Origin: Iphione sp. A-MEVVRFRX5
Lineage: Eukaryota
DNA length: 64,000 nt
NCBI GenBank assembly: GCA_976226885.1
Contig: OZ320316.1
Coordinates: forward strand, 89,404,001 to 89,468,000
Direction of reading: 5' to 3'
Shown one piece after another: positions 33,138 to 44,492 of the stretch. Every line of letters begins with the position of its first letter. Position 1 is the stretch's first letter. The position numbers and the translations under genes are program-made. The notes below the pieces were generated by a model that worked only from the letters and a program-made list of their open reading frames with translations, searched no databases and was not told the DNA's origin.

Positions 33138-33468
33138 ACAGTGCTAGTGGGGGAATCACCATGGCCCCCCAAGTATCCCACATCAGCCGTGCGTCAGTGA
33201 AGGGCCAATTTTAAGTGTTGCTACGCGACGCTTGTCTGTTGTGCGCTTTTATGTGGTGTGATCATGACTACACTGTTCTTCAGGCCTACTGGGCGGTCTC
33301 CAATGCAATGTTTATTAATTTTAACAATCTTTAATAGAATTCTCATCATCTCGCACCGACTATACAGATTTTTTCCATATCATTTACAGTCTCAAAACCA
33401 CACTTGTGAGAGATTTGTTAGAGATGCCATCTATGCTACCATATCAATTCATTGCATTTTCCTACCAG

Positions 33469-35890
33469 GTACTATGTTCCTGCATCAAAGGTGACAAGCA
33501 ACCGGGAACTCTTCTTCCGACGGGAGCGAAATAGACAAGCACAGGAAAGGAGGCGTGCCAAACTGAGGGCCGAGAAGATGGCTCGTGAAGCTGAGCTTGA
33601 AGCAGCAGCCCCGTCCATCTCCACACCTGAAAGGAGGTCTGAATCTTCAAGTCAACCGACGCCTGGCCCTTCAAGTGCAACTCCTGGCCCTTCAAGTGCA
33701 ACTCCTGGCCCTTCAAGTGCAACTCCTGGCCCTTCAAGTGCTTCAACACCTAGCAATTCCAGTCAAGAAACTTCCAGCCAGTCATCAACAACTCTGCCAG
33801 GCCTCACAGTGCGGTTCCCATTCCAAGCGAGTGGACGTCAGAAGAGCAGGAGAAGGATTAGCAGAGCTGTATCAAAAGCCAATCGAAAGATAGCCAAGCT
33901 GGAGACTGAGAAGACCAAAGAGAAAAGAAAGGTCTGGAGACTCCAGAAACAAATGCAGCGAATGAAGGCAAAGATGAAGAAAATACAGGCTGAGCAGAGA
34001 AAGAAAAGAGCCAAGACCCCAAGAGAACTGGCCATGCATGATTTGCTTAATGTGGGGCTCGATCCAATCACGCATCGTAGGCTCCTAAGCAAACTGACTG
34101 CACATCATGCATTGATGTCACAGATAAAGCAGGGAGCGGAGAAGAGGAAAACAAAGCAGAAGAGATCCATCGAGAGGGTGATCTCAGGGCACATCACACG
34201 CAAATACCGTGTCCTTCGATATGTTGGTCTACACACCGGTCTCAACAGGAACCATCTGGCTCGGAAGCACTCAAGGCCCAAGAGAAGGTTGCCTGCCCTG
34301 AAGAAGGACCTTCGGAAGGCGGTCATAACATTTCTCGAGAGAGATGATGTTTCCAGGGTGCTGCCAGGCAAAAAGGACTGTACAATCGATGGATCTCAGA
34401 AGATTCAGACACGGGTACTTTGTGACTACCTGCATAACCTCTGGCTGAAGTTCAAGAGCGAGTCTCCAGAGCAGCCAGTGTCCCTGTCTGTATTCTGTCG
34501 GATGCGCCCCAAATACATCAAACTGTCACACTTTTCAAGCCGAGTGAGCTGTCTGTGCATTTATCACCAGAATGTGGTGTTGAAATTAAAGGCTATGGGG
34601 GTCACTGCCTCACCAGATATCCTCATCAAAGAGAAGAGTGATGCCAAGATAACTGCTGCATGCTCCTTCAGGGAAAAGGTGGCCTACTATACTTGGGAAA
34701 AATCAGGTGAAGACAAGAGCCATGTGAAGTGTGTTCAGAAGGAGGTCCCAAGGCAACAATTTGAAGAGCAGCTCATGACAAACCTGAAGCATTTCCGAGG
34801 GCATGTAGAGAGGATCAATGCTCAGTATCAAGCATTGAGGGCACTGAAGTCTACCCTTCAACCAGAGGAAGTGATGGTGTTAATGGACTTCGCCGAGAAC
34901 TACACGTGTAAGCAGGTTGAAGAGGTGCAGTCCGCCTATTGGTGTCAGGTACAGGTCACCCTTCATCCAGTAATTGTGTACTTCAGGGAAGGTGACGAGG
35001 TGAAACATCAGAGCTACGTGTACATCAGTGATGTATCATCCCATGGTCCTCCAACAGTGACAGCCATCATCACTGCTATCAACGAAGAGTTGGACGCAAT
35101 GCCCACCCCAGTGTCAACAGTGCACTATGTTACAGACGGACCAAGTTCCCAGTACAGGAATAAGGTGGCCTTGTACCTGGTAGCCAACCACAGGCTCTTG
35201 TTTCTTAGGTCTGCCTCATGGTCATACCATGAGGTGGGCCATGGGAAAGGTGCCTGTGATGGAGTGGGAGGCACAATCAAGCGGCTGGCAGACGAAGCTG
35301 TTCGGCAAGGCAAGACAGTGATCACTGGTGCTTCCCAGTTCTACGACTGGTTATTGTCTTCATCTCTCAAGATCAGAGGCAAGTTTATCACACAGGATCA
35401 AGTGAACCGAGCTTCAGACTTCCTTGAGAAAGCAGAACTCAAGCAAGTGAAAGGGACTATGTCCATCCATGCAGTGAAAGGTTTGCAGTCTGGCAACATT
35501 GCAATCAGAGCAACAAGCTGCTTCTGTGCAAGGTGCAAGACAGTCAATGATGTCTGTGACGGATGGCAGGTAGTACGCCTCAACAAATTCAAGGAGGAGG
35601 TGTGTTTCGATACACACACCTACGTGGCAGCATCAGTGGATGGTAATGCTTACTTTGGACGCATCGAAGCACAGAGAAATTCTGAGGTCAAGGTTAGCTT
35701 CCTTCTGACAGCAGAGGGTGTCGATGACGTCCTCAGATGGCCGAAGCCAAAAGATCAGCTGTGGCTGACTCATGATGACATCCTCTGCAACGTGCCAGCT
35801 CCTATCCCGACTGGGAACAGAGGATACACCTTCCCACAGAAGGTTTTCAAGAAAGTCGCTGTACTGATGGCAGACTCTGTTAATGAGTAA
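33469..35890 (+). CDS. Main exon of the Sola2-like DDD transposase (842 aa including the predicted first exon), uninterrupted
   Basis: Acceptor ttttcctaccag|G. Motifs DFAENY (D at 34886), VQSAYW..QVTLHP, TDGPSSQYRN (D at 35135), HGKGACDGVGGTIKR (D at 35258) and CFCARC. The Sola2 label is from my recollection of these motifs. Confidence 0.88.
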
Positions 35891-37899
35891 TTTCAGTTCT
35901 TTATATTTCAAACAGATCGGTTCTAGTTGACTCTGTTAGAGATTTGTTGGTGATTTGTAGAAAATGATATCTAGAGATCAACATCATTCAATACTTTCTT
36001 TCAGTCTCAAGTCTCTAACAAGTCTCTAACAGAGTGAACTCTGTTAGAGATCTGTTTTCTACTGAATATAAAGAATTATATTTTTGTTATTTGATCAAAT
36101 TACCTGTGACGAATATGCATCTTCATTAAATAAATGGCTAAATTTCTTGGAATGTACTCCTAGTCATGCGTTAATCTTTCACTTCTCTAACAAACCATAG
36201 CTGATTGAGGTGCTAATGTAGCTTTTGTATCTCAAACAAATCACTAACATTTAAGAAACAGAAAATGATAGAGATTCTAGATTAGGTCATTTACGTCATG
36301 TATTGTGATGTACATCAACTAGAGATATGAGAGATACTCATCCAATATGTACAGGAAGATATTACATACTGAAAGAAAATGTATCTTTATTACTGGCAAT
36401 TTTTTATTTGAGAAAAAATTAACAAAATACATATGTCATTTACGTCATCTGACATATGTCATTTACGTCATGTGAGAGAAAATTGCAAATATTGCACAGA
36501 ATGATGACTTATTTTGTAAGAAAGCACAAAACATATGATTAGTTTGATTAATTCCATACAAGCTGCATGCTTCAACATTTTTCTCCAAAGCTTGCTTGAC
36601 AGTGGAAGTGTGTCATTTACGTCATTTCAGCCATATTCTGTACAATGACTCAGGGCAGTTCTTACACTTCTGTCCTTCATTAAACAACTTTGATATCTTG
36701 AATACATACCATTTCTGCTTCTTGGCTTCATTCTTATTGAAGCTCTAGTCCTAGCTTCACAGTTTTTATAATTAATGGCATGATGTATAACATTTAAAAT
36801 GTCCACATTTTGGCTTGGTTGAAAAAACATGTAAGACAAGAATGCCTGTGGGACATTTCAGAGAAGCATATAAAAACTAAATTATACATACTTTACAATG
36901 TAGAATAAATACTGTTCCAGGCTGTTCTTTCAAAATAACATATCCTATCTTATGTTAAAGGAAACTTACACCTTACTGTGCTATTATAGCAGATGACGTA
37001 AATGACACTAGTGCTTTTTAGTGTTTTTTTCCTTAAATACACATTTAGATATTTTTTCAACCATTATATCCTGGATCCTAATTTTTGAAAATTTTAATAG
37101 GACAAATCGTAGACTTCTGAGAAATAATACTGATTTTAATTTAGACACTAATTTATTTTTTGCTAAAACCAATTTGGAATTGCCACACTTAACTGAGAAT
37201 GGGCCTGTAATCTTTTGGAAAGCTTTTTTACTTGGTGGTTTAGTTGTTTCCAAGTAGATATTTAGAGTCCATCTGTATAATGTTATAATGTTTTAATATT
37301 GTTAATATACCATATAGGACAGTTCTTAATCACCTTCTTATCCACAACAAATATTAACGTAAACCATTTCATGACAGGGACATAAATTGGTATCTATGGT
37401 TACCAGAGACAACTATCATACACTATCAAATTGTATTATACTGTCAATCTTCATGAAAAGACGATGGCTCGTGTATGGAATCTAATATATAACATATCTA
37501 TGTTGCTGTCATTCCCCCCCACTCCTTGTATATACCATGCCCTCTCATCGATATTCCTAACATATATAATTTTACTCTAAACCTATTACATATACCATAT
37601 TATCTTTGCATTGCTCAGCTATTCCTTTCTATTCTATTCTTTCTATTTTTCTTGTTATATATTTATCTTTCATGCCATTGTTAAAACACCAAAAAGCATA
37701 TATTTGCCACAAAACTGTATGTTACCTCAGAAATAAAATTGGCAGATGCCTTTTTAAAATCACAACAGAGCTATATTTGTGAGAACCTTAAAATGGTACC
37801 CACACCTTTACTTCATAGACCTTGAACGACCTTGAAGATAGGGAACTAGTCTAGAAGTTTATCCTTCCTCTTTGCATCGTGATGATACTTTGCTCAAAA

Positions 37900-39100
37900 T
37901 TTCTTTGTTAAATAAAAAATATCCATTGAAATAGCATCTACAGATGTCCAGAAGGTTTGGTAAGTTATTTTATTCATAACTTTACTGGAAACTTTTTATC
38001 TTTATTATAATTCATTGCTAAAATTCTGAGTCGACCAGATGACTGCCATTTTCTTTCCTCCTGCTTCGAATTTTTAACAATGGAGATTCTCAGCCAACGT
38101 AAATTAATATGATTTTTCATGAGAAAGAGAAGTACATTGTCGCTTCAGACCAATGCACTCCTTTGGTTATAGGAAAGGATAGGGACTGCACCCCAGCCAT
38201 GTTAGAACAATTTTCAGCAAACTAACCATGTATCTCGGTGGTAGTCGTAAATGACCATTCTAGGATATACTGAACTATCCTCGTATACAATTTTGTTGAA
38301 AAAAGGTACTCTGCGTGAGGCATTGTCATGACATTAATACTCAATCTCAAATTGAAATAAGTATAATCACCAATAGTGAGGGGGCAATAGAGGATGCCGG
38401 AATATTTGAGTAATACAGACGTTGCCAAACTCAGACAGCAGTCATATCTATGCCTATAAACACCGAAATAGAAATATGAAGTGGCTTGTAGCAAGTGCTT
38501 CCACATGCGCATACCCGGTACACTCCTAGTTTGGCAAATATTGGTTCTGTATATTTTGAATATAAAGTCTGTTATATCTTAATAATAATTCTGTTAAATT
38601 TTAAGAAATATGCTTCATTCCCAGTTAGCATTTATGTAAAGATGCATCTGACAAATTAGTTCAAATGAGTGTTAAATCGACCACAAGGTTCGAATGACTT
38701 GGACTAAAACATAATGTAATAATTTCTAAATCATCAAAAAAAATACGTGGTTGCCTGTTCTTATCCTTTAACAATGCTTAAGGTGTGCTTATCATGACAT
38801 ATACGGCCGAATTCAAACGCCCTTGGTTTTGTATTGCAAAGTGGCCCTGCACACTCATCTCTTAAATCATGTAGCCTAGGGCACCCCTGTTTAATATGGC
38901 ATATTCCTTCAGGCTCTGCTCATAGCCCAGTAAACCAATGTATTGATGTCATAAACCAGCTCAGTGTGTCTCTACTTCGAAAAGTACATGGACTTAACTG
39001 CTACCATACATGTATGGACATGGTTGTTAGCCCATAGGAAGCTTTTGTATATCAGACCATATCACACACATTAATATTGGTCAGAATGAGATTTTTAGAG
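37900..39100 (-). pseudogene. Very decayed L1-type reverse-transcriptase fragment
   Basis: Minus-strand remnants in the expected order: DIQK(A), IKQGCP (38878-38889), LGMKHIS*NL (KYLG-like) and FIFLFRCL (38457-38477), with many stops. Confidence 0.45.
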
Positions 39101-39393
39101 CAACCTATGGAAGGACCACAGGTTAGACTGTTTTTATTGCTTTAAACAGATGCTGCTCTCTAATTAACCAGAGGGGTGTCTCCCGTGTATAAAAAAAACT
39201 CGTTTACTGGCTATTCAAGAGTTTTAGACTTGATTTGTTACACTTACTGCATTCTGTTCCTTACCTTGTTTACACTGTGGGATGAATTAGTAGAAACGAA
39301 GGAGAATGAGAGACTCCGTAACTGATTTTCTTTTAAGAATAATGAATCAATCATTTTCACCCAGTTTTATGCCTAGCGCCTACTTTGTGACTT

Positions 39394-39490
39394 AAATGTG
39401 CCCATGCCAAATTCACAGGTACTGTCTGGTTTAGTCCTTTACTCAAATGCGCCCATGCCAAATTCACAGGTACTGGCTGGTTTAGACCTT
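39394..39490. repeat. Two-copy 51-bp tandem duplication
   Basis: aaatg(t/c)gcccatgccaaattcacaggtactg(t/g)ctggtttag at 39394 and 39445. Confidence 0.85.
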
Positions 39491-42400
39491 TAGCTTAATT
39501 GCACAACATAGGACGTACAACACACTGTCGACATAAAACATCAAACCCTTTACAAGGGCTTGTGGTAAATAGAGTTCGAGTCGCGTCATCCTATCTTGCA
39601 ACCTACTCTTTGCATGTTACATATGAAGGCTCTGGTACGAATATACTCATCCTAGTGTCCTGCTTCGTGTGCGTGTGCTCTACATGTTGTCATGTTTCCG
39701 GAAAAAAACCCTAAGATCTCCAACTGAAATGTATGTCAACCCACCTCTATTGTAACCAGAAGCATTTAGATGCTAGACTGAGTATCCTGCCTTAGACTTT
39801 CTCTTTGATTTCATGCATAGTCAACTTGGAGGTGGAAGAAAGGAAAGGCAACCTGATAATAGGTTTACAACCATGGGGTTTAATTCTTGGGGAATATTAT
39901 GTAGACAGTTACTAAAAGCCAATCTCACTTACTGATACAGATGCTGAGGTAAGTGTTTTACCATTTCAGGTCATGCCTACAACGTTGGCCTGAAATTTCA
40001 ATAAATTGACAGGAAGCCCAGGAAATATGACCGCTGAAAAGCACATCTGAGTAGTTAAAGAAGTGTATGGAATGGATTTAAAACTGGTCAGTGGACCAAT
40101 AGTTAAAATGCCTCTAGACAGCAAACGCATGAATAGTGGCAGACTTTGTTTGTTAGCAGGGAGACATTTGCAATCACTTCTATTCAAGATAGTTATTTCT
40201 AGCTACGTGATTCATAATTCCTGTCCTTTGACAGATCTCAATCCAATACCCACGTAAACGATCTAGTTTGTGGTTAATGCCTCTCATGCTTTACAACTTT
40301 TACAGTGTAATCAATCAGGATTCTAATAAACCTGCTCTCTATTGAGTAGTGTGCATCCCATTTTCCTGACCAAGACATCTTAAGAGGACATGGCGAATCT
40401 ATTTTGCCATAACATTCTGGAAACAGGATCGACCGCTGCATAGAAATCAATCTGACAACCTGAAACGGCGATCCTTCGGTTTTCGAGTAATGACTGCATT
40501 CAATATGAATTAAACTGCCGGCGTTAATAAATACAATATGAACATTTTACCTCTAACAAAGTTTCCATCGAGGAAATTACTGCATAGAACAGATCTATTT
40601 TGTTAGCAGAGATATATATGTAATAGCTTACACACTTATGCAGAAATGTGTTGTGACAAATTTGTTGCGCGTAAAGGGTTGACACACATGATATTTTAAT
40701 GATTTGGTTTGCCAGTGGTACAGCCAAAGGATAATTCCAGTCTTGGTTGGAGTGCACCACCCTTGGGTGTCCCAAACTACAGACTACTTTCATCATCAAG
40801 ATGGTGGCTGTGGTCTTGGCACTGATCTCAGCCATGGGAGATTCCTTGGTCCACGTAGGAAAGTGGCCATCCACTATCATGATGTGCTTATTACCCTGCT
40901 CAGTCATGCGGAAGGGGCTGCACACATCCATGACGACGACCTCCAAAGGCCCTGCCGCCAACAGCAGTTGGACTGTGCCCAATGTCTCCTGCCTGGGTCC
41001 TGTTTCTGCTGGCATGATTCCAGGTGCTGATGTTATGACTCACTCTGAGCCGAAAAAAACTTGAATCTGATCACCCCCTCCATCATCTCTGGCCCTAGGT
41101 GGCCCCCAGGGGCCCAGCATGGGTCTCTTCTCATATCCTCCAGTGCTCGGGCTCCAGCACATGGGCTTGCATCCCAAGGATTATGTCATCTTGCTTCTTT
41201 TGTTGGCAGAGGAGGCCCTCCACTAGACCCAGTCTGGCCCACTGGCTCTTCAACCTCCTGGCTGCCAAAGACCAGTCCTCCTCCATGCTCAAGACGGTGA
41301 ATAAACGCTTGGATTGCCTCGACCCCTCCTGGAGCTTCTTCAGCTCTCCTTGCTACTCTCACCATCGCTACTCTTCCTGTGGCCTCTTCTTACTGCTCTG
41401 GTTTCCAGCCGCTTTGAGGGCATCTCTCCCATGACATTCCATTGCAATTCCTGTGCCTCCTCCCAGGCTGGTACACCACTTCTATGTCATAAGAGTGCAC
41501 CTCTTCCAGCCTTTCACCCCGCCTCCTTGAAGTTGCAGAGCCAATGAAGGGAGCTGTGATCAGTATGAATCACACATACCTACCTGCAAGATATGCACGG
41601 AACTTCTTTAGGGCTAATACAATGGACAGTCAGTTCATTTCTGGTGATGCAATAATTTTCCTCTGGGTGGGTAAGGCTGCGGCTGGCATATACCAGCACT
41701 CACTCCTGTTCCCCCTGTACTTGGGACAGAATGGCCCCCTATCCTGTCACAGAGGTGTCAGTATTCAGGATGAGTAGCCCCCCTGTCTTTGGGTATGGTA
41801 GAATGGGGGCTGTGCTCAACTGTTGCTTCAGTTCCTCCAATGCAGCTTGGCACTCCTCAGTCCATGTGCATCCTTGTCCTTTCTCCATCAGTGGGTAGAG
41901 AGGAGTCGCTACACGTGTGAAGCCCTGTAGTATGAACACAATCCCATGAAGCGACACAGCTCAGTCTGGCACTAGGAACTGGCCAATCATCCATGGTCTT
42001 CACCTAGTTGGGGTCGGGTCTTACCTCATCAGCAGACACTAGGTGGCCAGGGTAGGCCACATCATGTCACATTAACTGACACTTAGATGGCTTGATCTTC
42101 TTCCGTGCTGGTGGAGGCAGCTGAACACTTCGCAGAGTCTTGTCCACCTGGTCTATTTTGATGACATCACCCAAGTACACCAGGCAGCTGGTGCCAATAA
42201 AGCCCCACGGCTCAGCCTCCATGAACCTTTTAAACATCAAAGGGGCATTACAAAGCCCAAATGTCATTGCAGTGAACTGGTACATCCCCCAGGGGGTGCA
42301 CACCACCATCTTCTCCTTGTCCTCTGGGCACATGGCCACGTGCCAGTACCGCCTTTCAAGGTTTAGTACTGAGAAATACCTGGCACCCTCTAAGGCGTCA

Positions 42401-43810
42401 ATCATGTTGTCAATCATTGTCAATGGGTAAGTGTCCTGCTTCATGATGTGATTTAGGGCCTTGTAGTTGATGCAGAACCTTCAGCTTTGGTTTTTCTTCT
42501 TCATCATCACTACCAGGGATGCCCAGGGCTGGTGGATGGCTCCAGCAACTCCTGCTCCACGCATCTTCTGCACCTCCCACTGGATAGCTGCCCTATTGGC
42601 CGACAGTACCCAATCCATCCGAATGGGACCATGCCCCTTCACATCGATGCAGTGCTCTACCTCTTGTGTCCATCCCAGTGCATCCCCTCCATGCTGGAAA
42701 CAGCTGCTGCATTCTACCAGCAATCCACCTCACATGCCCTTAGTCCTCTACAGTAAATTTCTCTGGAAGCCCTTCTATCAGGCCTTGGATGACCTCTGGC
42801 TCCACACTTTTGTCAGTTCCCAGCACGCTGCAGACTTCTACTTCTTCGGAATAATCCACCTGCTGCACCATTCTAACCACAGCTTCCAGCACTCCCATGG
42901 TTGTTCATTCCCAAGAGTATAGTGAGGGAGGCTCCAGTGTCTTCTAATCAGCACCCCTGGATGGTGCTGCTTAACACACTGTTGCCTGCAGGTGAGCTTT
43001 CCCCTTCCAGAACAACTTTTTCTCCCAAGAAGACATGCCGCATCCAAAGGTGTTCAGCTAATCATTCTTCCTCCCACTATATGCTGCTAGTCTCTCCTGG
43101 TCCTGTCTCAGCTGATTGCCCTCCTTCTCGGGGATGGCCACTGCAGACTTTTCCTACTTCTTCTGAATCATCCACCTGCTGCACCATTCTAACCACACCT
43201 TCCAGAAGTCCCAGGGTTGGTCATGCCCAAGAGTAGAATGAAGGAGGCTCCAGTGTCTACTAACCAGCAACCCCTTGATGGTGCTGCTTAACATACTGTT
43301 AGCTGCAGTTGAGCTCTCCCCTTCCAGAACAACTTTTTCTCCGAAGGAGAGATGCTGTATCCAAAGGTGTTTGGCTAGTCATCCCCCCCGCTGTATGCTG
43401 CTACTCTCTCCTGGTCCTGTCTCAGCTGGCTGCCCTACTTCCGGGGGTGGCCACTGATCCGTTTCCTCATGCCACCACCACCAGGAGCTTGGAACACTCC
43501 TACTGGAAGTGCCCCGGGTCTCCACATTTGAAGCATTTCTTCTGAGATGTCTAATATGGCTCCTTGACCAACTGTCTTGTCCACCAGAAACTGGGCCAGA
43601 ATCTGCTTCAACTTCTGCCAAGAAATGGCCGCCTCGACAATTGAGGATTGAAGTGCTGGAACAGCTAACTTTGGAGTGGTGCTGGCTTCAAACTGAAGGA
43701 TCTTCTTGCCTTGCGTCTTGCTCTTCAGCTGCTGGAAGTATGCATTGTCCGCCTAGCACACACTAGCTCTGTCTGTGACATCCACTTAGCTTTGTCTATG
43801 AGAGAGGGGA

Positions 43811-43829
43811 GATTCCACAGCTGCCACCA
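43811..43829 (-). other. Primer-binding site, tRNA-Leu-like
   Basis: TGGTGGCAGCTGTGGAATC starts 2 nt inside the LTR end and resembles the complement of the tRNA-Leu 3' end (TGGTGGCAGCGGTGGGATT, recalled). Confidence 0.75.
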
Positions 43830-43831
43830 AT

Positions 43832-44020
43832 TGAGCCAAACTATGAGCTCAGACGTTTATTGCTGAACAATAAAGATCGAAATACATATAGCTCCACTTG
43901 GGGTGTCCTTATTATTGAGGACCTCTCCCCTAGCCCAGAGCCAGGTAGTTCACATGAGCTCAGGGCAGAGCCAGTACAGACTCTGCCTGCCTTCATGGAG
44001 CCAGTACAAGCTCAACCACA
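43832..44020 (-). repeat. 5' LTR of the gypsy element (about 189 bp, TG...CA)
   Basis: On the minus strand it begins TGTGGTTGAG (44020), ends GGCTCA (43832) next to the PBS, and contains AATAAA (tttatt at 43857-43862 on +). Confidence 0.7.
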
Positions 44021-44329
44021 GTATATAATTATGGAATGATTTCAGCAAATCTGCTCAGAGGTATATGTTTTGCAATAAAGTTAAACATTATGGAACATTA
44101 AGCTACCTGTCAGCATTGCCGGTGCCAAATATAGAGCAATGGTCGGTAGACCACTGGCCAATAGGAATACAAGTGCTAAATAAGGAGGGGTAGAATGAAC
44201 ACAGCTCAATAAAATAAGGGGAGTGGAATTTCTCATCAGTTTGAAGATGTAACTTGAAATTTCAGGCTATGGAGTTTACACACTGTCCAGTTACCTTGTC
44301 TACTCAATGACCCCTCTGTACCCAATGGA

Positions 44330-44492
44330 CCCGTCAATTTCAGACTACAGATTTTACACACTGTACGCATTTTGGGCCTGTGTAAGTCGCCACCCTCACA
44401 ATATGTAATCACAAACCCATCAATTTCGGACTACAGATATTATACACTGTAGCATTTTGAGGCTGTGGGAAGTTGCCACCCTCACAATATGT
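44330..44492. repeat. Two-copy ~85-bp diverged tandem duplication
   Basis: tcaatttc(a/g)gactacagat...gccaccctcacaatatgt at about 44335 and 44420. Confidence 0.8.

Larger units (their letters stand above)
29320..37010 (+). mobile_element. Sola2-like DDD DNA transposon of about 7.7 kb with a nested antisense accessory gene; exact termini not resolved
   Basis: Intact transposase, clusters of GTCATTTACGTCAT (both orientations) at 29323-30066 and 36286-37006, and TCTCTAAC motifs throughout the interior. No clean TIR or TSD could be read, so the span is taken from the motif clusters. Confidence 0.7.
40690..44020 (-). mobile_element. Truncated, decayed Ty3/gypsy LTR retrotransposon (5' LTR, PBS, gag, PR, RT, RH, partial IN; no 3' LTR)
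   Basis: Minus-strand fragments: LVDTGAS (protease); RFCINYKALN, YPLTMID, YFSVLNL..YWHV, FTAMTFGLCNAP, YLGD (RT); LNTDTS (RNase H); GPLEVVVMDVCSPF (integrase). The PR-RT-RH-IN order indicates gypsy. Confidence 0.9.

Noticed and set aside
40524-40700. ANKIDL as a small-GTPase NKxD motif
   Set aside because: It is a chance continuation of the frameshifted gypsy integrase ORF, with no other G-box motifs.
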